A stretch of DNA of 62,063 bases, the filler included, from Nemertoderma westbladi (Eukaryota > Animalia > Xenacoelomorpha), in assembly GCA_032718475.1 (NCBI GenBank). It is 3 parts of 3 records of this genome, joined end to end, with 100 filler letters (N's around TTAATTAATTAA, not from the genome) between each part and the next. Parts side by side here need not be neighbours in the genome. Positions count along the whole stretch, not along the records: positions 53,195 to 62,063 come from JAUCBJ010008525.1; 2 more parts are not named here. One strand, given 5' to 3'. Below, piece after piece: positions 53,195 through 62,063 of the stretch (positions are counted from its first letter, which is position 1; every line of letters starts with the position of its first letter). The position numbers and the translations under genes are program-made. The notes below the pieces were generated by a model. That model did not search any database. It worked only from the letters and a program-made list of their open reading frames with translations, and was not told the origin of the DNA.

Positions 53195-54012
53195 ATGGTG
53201 ATTCTCGATTATACGTGATAACATTAACCACAGTGGGGGCATTGTCATTCACGTCGAGCACTTGAACTGTCACAATTGTGGTGTCATTTTTACTAGGCTC
53301 ACCATTATCTTTCACAATTACTACAAAGTTGTAAGAATCCTGAATTTCTCTGTCAAACTCTGCTGTTGAAGTGATCCTTCCGTATATATTAATAGCGAAA
53401 GATATTTCCATATCACCGTCTATACTATAGGTAAGCTTGCTGTTCTCACCTTTGTCGTTGTCGGTAGCGGTTATAGAACCAATATCCTTCCCTAGGCGTT
53501 GATTTTCTTCAATGGCGAATGTATACTTTACCTGGGGAATATCTGGGGCATTGTCATTTATATCGTCAATTTCGATGGTAACTGTGGTGTTAGCACTTAG
53601 TGGAGGTATCCCTCGATCCGTGGCTACTAAAGTGAAGGAAATCTGGTCTCCTGCATGTCCTTCTCGATCTAGAGCTTTACTGTAGCGGATACAACCATTT
53701 TCATTTATATCCAAAATATTTTTCTGACTCTTTTGAGAAAACGTCAGCGAATACTCAATTTCGGAATTAACTCCTGCATCCGAATCGGTCACTGTAATGC
53801 AATGTTCTTCTTGTACAGGAGTTTCATTTCCTTCTGATATAGAATAAACATAATAATCTTGAAGGAACTCAGGACTGTTATCATTTACATCTATTATTTT
53901 TACAGTGAGGGTGGCTGTAGCACTTTTTGGTGAATCCCCACCATCGTAAACAGTTACAATGAGGTTGTAGGAACTATACTTCTCCCGGTCTAAGGCTTCA
54001 TTGGGTTGCAAA
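53195..54012 (-). CDS. Protocadherin-like terminal exon, copy A (open frame, cut by the gap)
   Basis: ttttgcag| acceptor at 54014-54013 (phase 2); [32 protein letters not shown] cadherin motifs. Confidence 0.9.
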
Positions 54013-54118
54013 CTGCAAAATATCGATAGAGATTAAAATATATAATATGGCTTAGATTAGTTTATGAAGCGCCCGCCATTTAGGCCAAAACTATCTGAAT
54101 AAATATTATACTCAAGTT

Positions 54119-55133
54119 GGTACTAATGGAAAGCTGGCAATGCAAGGATTCCAAATATGTAAATATATTTAAATTTGGTAGGGAAATAGCTAAAGATATG
54201 GGCATTCGAATGTTGCATGTATTTACTTGCACTGCTGGCCATTTATTCTATTAAATAAATGCATAACATTCTGGAACATTGTGTTTATCTCATAAGTGGC
54301 TTGGCAACAATGCAATGCCTACATGATAATACTAGTATATGGATATAAATACTATATACATTCCACCTAGCAGCCACTAACGCAGCAGTGTCCCTGGAAG
54401 CCGCACATGCCCATCACGAAGGGAGGAAGAGGCTGAAGTATGGGGAGAGGATACGGGAGGAGGAGCATGCCAGCTTCATCCCCTTAATCTTCTCAGCTTA
54501 TGGTGGAGCCTCCCCAGCAGCTAACCAGTTTATTAATTAAGCGAATGTCCAATGAAGCTAGCTGATAAACGGGAACTGCGGTACTCTGAGTGCGTGATAT
54601 GGGTGCGTCGCAGGCTGAGCTTCACCTTACCGAGGTCCTCTGCTTTGTCTGCGGGGGTGCAGATCAGCTTCTAGACGCCCCGTCCAATATGCAGTCGCTG
54701 ACACATCGATCAGGCTGAGCAACGCTGATAGCCAGCCTGATACATTGTTAGGTTGTACTGGAGTCAGCAGCAGTGGCAGCAGTGTTTGCTCTATTGTTGG
54801 GCAACTGTATTATTTCCCAATTAGTATTAATATGATAATGTGGTGGTGGGAAATTTGAAAGTAAAATATAATTCAGTGTACTTGTACAATGCAATTTTTA
54901 ATATAAACTTGAAAATTAAATGACATAGCAAATGGAAAAAAAAGTATATGGATATTCCTACATAAGCAAAATGTTCTAGAACATTGTGTATTTATTAAAT
55001 ATAATAAATAGCCAGCAGCGCAAGTAAATACATGCAACATTCCAATGCCCATATCGCAGCTACTGTATTTCCTAACCAAATTCAAATAATTTTACATATT
55101 TGGAATTTTTACATTACCAGGTTTCCACTACTA
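54119..55133. repeat. Diverged ~170-bp inverted repeat pair in the cadherin spacer (repeated at ~57826-58840)
   Basis: 54119-54288 pairs with 54961-55133; shared core gatatgggcatt(c/g)gaatgttgcatgtatttacttgc. Confidence 0.75.
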
Positions 55134-56104
55134 CCTACAAATCTCTATAAAGTTGAAGAATAACTGCGGTGTAACTGGTGCAACATCGACGGAGACACCT
55201 TTTTCAAACGCTTGTAGCTAAAGAATAAAAACAAAAATTAAAATTCTGGCTCACCCAGCAAGGAGAATTGTAAGGGAGGTGAAACTATCTCTGTTTCAAA
55301 TTTCATGCAATCTCATTAAGATTTGTACAACAATTTTTTTTTTTTTGGGGGGGGGGCAGGTACCTGAATAACGACAATACATCTGTATATTCCAGGACGT
55401 GGTGAAAAGAATGGCTCATAAATTTGGAGCAAAATGACGCTTCATTGAAAATCTAGGTACAGCAAGATAGTATACTGTAGATAGATACTATTCATCATAG
55501 GTTTACAATAAACTTATAAAGTTTATATTTAATATTGTCAAATATAGTATGTAATAGAAGTATGGATAATATGATGTGAAATAGTAAGCCGAGTTCAAAT
55601 ATGTTGTCAGCATTCCTATAAGGTTCCCGTGCTAAAACTGATTAAACATGAAAACCGAAATTGAATCGCCATTACAAGAAAAACCCATATAATAAAATCT
55701 TACCTTACTATTACTGTAGTATTAAATCCCCCCCCCCCCCCCCCCCCCCCTTTCTACTTAGTCAATTAATACATGTTGCCTGTTATTTGATTGTAGGTAT
55801 TGCATGTCGTATTGATAATGCATATTCGAAATAAATAATAATTATATTTATTACTTTAATAGTATATAGTATATTTGTCTTGTGTACAATAGAGAATATA
55901 ATTCCAATATGATTCAGATATTCATTATCAATTAACTTATTGCAAGTTGAGTGTTACGTAATGTAGGCCTACTTGGCAAATTAAATGAGTATTTTTACTT
56001 TAGCTTGTTAAAAATTGCATATGTTACATAGCAATGATATAATTACAAATGCAGCTAAACAAATTTGTTTAGTAATCCGGAATAATTTCTTCTGCGATGC
56101 AGTT

Positions 56105-57719
56105 CTATTTCTTCGAAGAAGTTGCACCGCGTGGAGAACGGTCACCACCTTGGCGGGGAGAAGGATCCCCACGGGAGCGCGGGCTGCGGGAGGAAGCAGG
56201 CAAAGCTGGTAGATACGGTTTGGGGGTTAGACGGGGAACCTCAGGGGTTATACGTGGGACCTCGAGATCAACAACAGTGCGAGATTCATCAACTTCCTCT
56301 TGTGCCGTAAACATTGTTTCATCACTAGTTGCATCTTTATACTGCTTCTTGGATTTCTGATGGAGATCATGTAGAGGAAAAATATGAAAGCGATGATCGT
56401 GGATCAGCGCTCGTAATTTACTCCCATAAATTATACAAACTGTAACTGCGATGACAAAGATAACACAAGCGACAATCATTGTTATAATGAGCCATTTGGG
56501 TATTTCATCTGGATGTTCTTGAATATCAACAACCTCTGGATTCTCCCAATTACCTTCTCCTACAATAAGTCCTAATTTTTCTTCAGAAATTATATTTCCT
56601 ATCGGAACAATATCAGAATCAACGATAGTGAACGTTACATTGTGATAAGTGCTTAGTGAAGGTTCGCCTTCATCTTTTATAATAAGTTGCAATATAAGAT
56701 CTTGTAGAGTACATATTGTTGCCAATGACGTCAGCTTTTCTGTACTTCTTATGTAGACCTTTCCATCCTTAGAAACAACGAACAATTCACTGTATTTATT
56801 TAAACCCATAAAACTAAATGTACCGGCATTACTGATATCTTCATCCGTTGCATTGACTTCAGCGACTTCAAATCCAATAGGCGTGACTGTGGGAATCTTT
56901 AATGGTGATTCTCGATTATACGTGATAACATTAACCACAGTGGGGGCATTGTCATTCACGTCGAGCACTTGAACTGTCACATTTGTGCTGTCATTTTTAC
57001 TAGGCTCACCACCATCTTTCACAATTACTACAAAGTTGTAAGAATCCTGCATCTCTCTGTCAAAATCTTTGTTAGAAGTTATTTTTCCATGACTATCAAT
57101 AAGGAAAGATGATTCCCCATCACCAACTATAGTAAATTTAAGTTTGCTGTTCTCACCTTTGTCTTTGTCCGTAGCGATTATAGAACCAATATCCTTCCCG
57201 GGGCCTTGATTTTCTTTAATATTGAATGTATACTTTACCTGGGGAATATCTGGGGCATTGTCATTTATATCGTCAATTTCGATGGTAACTGTGGTGTTAG
57301 CACTTAGTGGAGGTATCCCTCGATCCGTGGCTACTAAAGTGAAGGAAATCTGGTCTCCTGCATCTCCTTCTCGATCTAGAGCTTTACTGTAGCGGATACA
57401 ACCATTTTCATTTATATCCAAAATATTTTTCTGACTCTTTTGAGAAAACGTCAGCGAATACTCAATTTCGGAATTAACTCCTGCATCCGAATCGGTCGCT
57501 GTAATGCAATGTTTCTTGTACAGGAGTTTCATTTCCTTCTGATATAGAATAAACATAATAATCTTGAAGCGAACTCAGGACTGTTATCATTTACATCTTC
57601 TATTTTTACAGTGAGGGTGGCTGTAGCACTTTTTGAGGGTTCGCCACCATCCTTCACAGTTACAATGAGGTTGTAGGAACTATACTCCTCCCGGTCTAAG
57701 GCTTCCATTGGGTTGCAAA
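56105..57719 (-). CDS. Protocadherin-like terminal exon, copy B (~3.5 EC repeats, TM, Pro/Arg-rich tail); indels in the first ~210 nt
   Basis: Same acceptor at 57721-57720; cadherin motifs; [25 protein letters not shown]; stop at 56105; no catenin-binding motif recognised. Confidence 0.88.
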
Positions 57720-59820
57720 CTGCAAAATATCGATAGAGATTAAAATATATAATATGGCTTAGATTAGTTTATGAAGCGCCCGCCATTTAGGCCAAAACTA
57801 TCTGAATAAATATTATACTCAAGTTGGTACTAATGGAAAGCTGGCAATGCAAGGATTCCAAATATGTAAATATATTTAAATTTGGTAGGGAAATAGCTAA
57901 AGATATGGGCATTCGAATGTTGCATGTATTTACTTGCACTGCTGGCCATTTATTCTATTAAATAAATGCATAACATTCTGGAACATTGTGTTTATCTCAT
58001 AAGTGGCTTGGCAACAATGCAATGCCTACATGATAATACTAGTATATGGATATAAATACTATATACATTCCACCTAGCAGCCACTAACGCAGCAGTGTCC
58101 CTGGAAGCCGCACATGCCCATCACGAAGGGAGGAAGAGGCTGAAGTATGGGGAGAGGATACGGGAGGAGGAGCATGCCAGCTTCATCCCCTTAATCTTCT
58201 CAGCTTATGGTGGAGCCTCCCCAGCAGCTAACCAGTTTATTAATTAAGCGAATGTCCAATGAAGCTAGCTGATAAACGGGAACTGCGGTACTCTGAGTGC
58301 GTGATATGGGTGCGTCGCAGGCTGAGCTTCACCTTACCGAGGTCCTCTGCTTTGTCTGCGGGGGTGCAGATCAGCTTCTAGACGCCCCGTCCAATATGCA
58401 GTCGCTGACACATCGATCAGGCTGAGCAACGTTGATAGCCAGCCTGATACATTGTTAGGTTGTACTGGAGTCAGCAGCAGTGGCAGCAGTGTTTGCTCTA
58501 TTGTTGGGCAACTGTATTATTTCCCAATTCGTATTAATATGATAATGTGGTGGTGGGAAATTTGAAAGTAAAATATAATTCAGTGTACTTGTACAATGCA
58601 ATTTTTAATATAAACTTGAAAATTAAATGACATAGCAAATGGAAAAAAAAGTATATGGATATTCCTACATAAGCAAAATGTTCTAGAACATTGTGTATTT
58701 ATTAAATAGAATAAATAGCCAGCAGCGCAAGTAAATACATGCAACATTCCAATGCCCATATCGCAGCTACTGTATTTCCTAACCAAATTCAAATATTTTT
58801 ACATATTTGGAATTCTTACATTACCAGATTTCCACTACTACCTACAAATCTCTATAAAGTTGAAGAATAACTGCGGTGTAACTGGTGCAACATCGACGGA
58901 GACACCTTTTTCAAACGCTTGTAGCTAAAGAATAAAAACAAAAATTAAAATTCTGGCTCACCCAGCAAGGAGAATTGTAAGGGAGGTGAAACTATCTCTG
59001 TTTCAAATTTCATGCAATCTCATTAAGATTTGTACAACAATTTTTTTTTTTTGTGGGGGGGGGGCAGGTACCTGAATAACGACAATACATCTGTATATTC
59101 CAGGACGTGGTGAAAAGAATGGCTCATAAATTTGGAGCAAAATGACGCTTCATTGAAAATCTAGGTACAGCAAGATAGTATACTGTAGATAGATACTATT
59201 CATCATAGGTTTACAATAAACTTATAAAGTTTATATTTAATATTGTCAAATATAGTATGTAATAGAAGTATGGATAATATGATGTGAAATAGTAAGCCGA
59301 GTTCAAATATGTTGTCAGCATTCCTATAAGGTTCCCGTGCTAAAACTGATTAAACATGAAAACCGAGATTGAATCGCCATTACAAGAAAAACCCATATAA
59401 TAAAATCTTACCTTACTATTACTGTAGTATTAAATTCCCCCCCCCCCCCCCCCCCCCCTTTTCTACATACTTAGTCAATTAATACATGTTGTCTGTTATT
59501 TGGTTGTAGGTATTGATGTCGTATTGATAATGCATAATTCCAAATAAATAATAATTATATTTATTACTTTAATAGTATATAGTATATTTGTCTTGTGTAC
59601 AATAGAGAATATAATTCCAATAATATGATTCAGATATTCATTATCAATTAACTTATTGCAAGTTGAGTGTTACGTAATGTAGGCCTACTTGGCAAATTAA
59701 ATGAGTATTTTTACTTTAGCTTGTTAAAAATTGCATATGTTACATAGCAATGATATAATTACAAATGCAGCTAAACACATTTGTTTAGTAATCCGGAATA
59801 ATTTCTTCTGCGATGCAGTT

Positions 59821-61432
59821 CTATTTCTTCGAAGAAGTTGCACCGCGTGGAGAACGGTCACCACCTTGGCGGGGAGAAGGATCCCCACGGGAGCGCGGGC
59901 TGCGGGGGGAAGCAGGCAGAACTGGTAGATTCGGTTTGGGAGTTATACGGGGAACCTCAGGAGTTATACGTGGGACCTCGAGATCAACAACAGTGCGAGA
60001 TTCATCAACTTCCTCTTGTGCCGAAAACATTGTTTCATCACTGGTTGCATCTTTATACTGCTTCTTGGATTTCTGATGGAGATCATGTAGATGGAGAATA
60101 TGAAAGTGATGATCGTGGATCAGCGCTCGTAATTTTCTCCCATAAGTTATACAAACTGCAACAGCGATGATAAAGATAACACCAGCGACACCCATTATTA
60201 TAATGAGGTAATCGGGTACCTTAAATGGTGATTGTGGAATATCAACAACCTCTGGATTCTCCCAATTACCTTCTCCTACAATAAGTCCTAATTTTTCTTC
60301 AGAAATGATATTTCCTATCGGAACAATATCAGAATCAACGATAGTGAACGTTACATTGTGATAAGTGCTTAGTGAAGGTTCGCCTTCATCTTTTATAATA
60401 AGTTGCAATATAAGATCTTGTAGAGTAGATATTGTTGCCAATGACGTCAGCTTTTCTGTACTTCTTATGTAGATCTTTCCATCCTTAGAAACAACGAACA
60501 ATTCACTGTATTTATTTAAACCCATAAAACTAAATGTACCGGCATTACTGATATCTTCATCCGTGGCTATTGACTTCAGCGACTTCAAATCCACGAGGCG
60601 TGACTGTGGAGAATCTTTAATGGTGATTGGCTCGATTATACGTGGTAACTTTATCCACAGTGGGGGCATTGTCATTCACGTCGCGCACTTCAACCGTCAC
60701 ATTTATCGTGGCCTGTTTACTTGGCTCACCACCATCTCTCACAATTACTTCAAAGTTGTAAGAATCCTGCATCTCTCTGTCAAAATCTTTGTTAGAAGTT
60801 ATTTTTCCATACTATCAATAAGGAAAGATGATTCCCCATCACCAACTATAGTAAATTTAAGTTTGCTGTTCACACCTTTGTCTTTGTCCGTAGCGCTTAT
60901 AGAACCAATATCCTTCCCTGGGCCTTGATTTTCTTTAATATTGAATGTATACTTTCCTGGGGAATATCTGGGGCATTGTCATTTATATCCTCAATTTCGA
61001 TGGTAACTGTGGTGTTAGCACTTAGTGGAGGTATCCCTCGATCCGTGGCTACTAAAGTGAAGGAAATCTGGTCTCCTGCATCTCCTTCTCGATCTAGAGC
61101 TTTACTGTAGCGGATACAACCATTTTCATTATATCCAAAATATTTTCTGACTTTTTGAGAAAACTTCAGCGAATACTCAATTTCGGAATTAACTCCTGCA
61201 TCCGAATCGGTCGCTGTAATGCAATGTTCTTGTACAGGAGTTCCATTTCCTTCTAATATAGAATAATCATATTCATTTTTCGCGAACTCAGGACTGTTAT
61301 CATTTACATCTATTATTTTTACAGTGAGGGTGGCTGTAGCTTCGTTTGCGGGTTCGCCACCATCCTTCACAGTTACAGTGAGGTTGTAGGAACTATACTC
61401 CTCCCGGTCTAAGGCTTCCATTGGGTTCCAAA
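59821..61432 (-). CDS. Protocadherin-like terminal exon, copy C; several frameshifts (pseudo-exon or sequence error)
   Basis: Acceptor at 61434-61433; ORF pieces 60897-61421 and 59821-60675; TM YLIIIMGVAGVIFIIAVAVCITY. Confidence 0.8.
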
Positions 61433-62063
61433 CTGCAAAATATCGATAGAGATTAAAATAATATTGTAATCGTCACAGCTTTCACGATAAGTGAAAACTA
61501 CAACGATATTTTACTGTAATCTGTTCCAAGTAGGGCCTACAGATTGTCAATATTTTACAGTGAAAGGGTTTAATGCAAAACCTGATTGCGATAACACTTC
61601 CATAGTTATTATTTGCCCCTCGGCGGTTGCGGTTATGATAGGAATTTTGCGCAGCCCATCGGCTTCTAGCACGCTTCCAAGTAAAAACTGCATCGGGATC
61701 TGTCGAGTGAGTATCTGTGCAGTATATAACGGGTCTTGTAAAAAAAATACTATGAAGTAAATAATACCAGCTTTTACTGGTTCCTGGTAGTGCAGTTATT
61801 TGCATATACAATTTAACTCTTCCGATAAATGAATGAACCAATAAAAGCATTAAAAAAATTGAATCCGTTCAAAAATTTCGGTATACCATTATGGCTGCCG
61901 GACTAGCTTTATCTACTGTATCTGTATCTACTATGGTGGTAGGGTAGGCATTTCTTCCAAATATTGTCCAAATTGTTGTGTGAAAATGTCCCACTCCTAA
62001 CTCCAATGTAGAAATTTTCATTATGATTAATACGTACGTTTAAAATACGTTATGTAGGCCTAC

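Noticed and set aside
56015-56360. Plus-strand ORFs over the cadherin tail (also 59731-60170), and short plus-strand ORFs over the LamG and RT regions
   Set aside because: Antisense shadows of better-supported minus-strand coding sequence.

Overview
AT-rich, intron- and repeat-rich eukaryotic DNA, most likely an invertebrate animal; the window joins three contigs at two N-gaps carrying a TTAATTAATTAA spacer. Host genes: (1) a minus-strand secreted or surface protein with a signal-peptide exon and two tandem phase-1 LamG/concanavalin-A-like exons (~60-10554); (2) a minus-strand calbindin/calretinin-type EF-hand gene (26656-28337); (3) a plus-strand gene of unknown function with at least 8 phase-compatible exons (32087-39869) and a probable antisense gene in intron 7; (4) a tandem array of three large protocadherin-like terminal exons at a ~3.7 kb period (53195-61432). 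The rest is mobile and repetitive DNA: a 5'-truncated Penelope-like element with inverted pseudo-LTRs, minimal hammerhead ribozyme motifs and a 14-bp TSD; RTE-like and CR1/L2-like LINE fragments; a tRNA-derived SINE; nested TIR elements; foldback-like elements with 15-bp repeat arms; and 64-, 23- and 68-bp tandem repeats. The most interesting candidate is the protocadherin array. Each unit begins ~30 bp upstream of a splice acceptor, has no N-terminus of its own and has a near-identical spacer, yet shows patchy non-synonymous divergence. This suggests a possible alternative-last-exon diversity system, the reverse of vertebrate clustered protocadherins. Frameshifts in two copies and possible assembly collapse are real caveats. 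All calls were made by eye; no searches were run.
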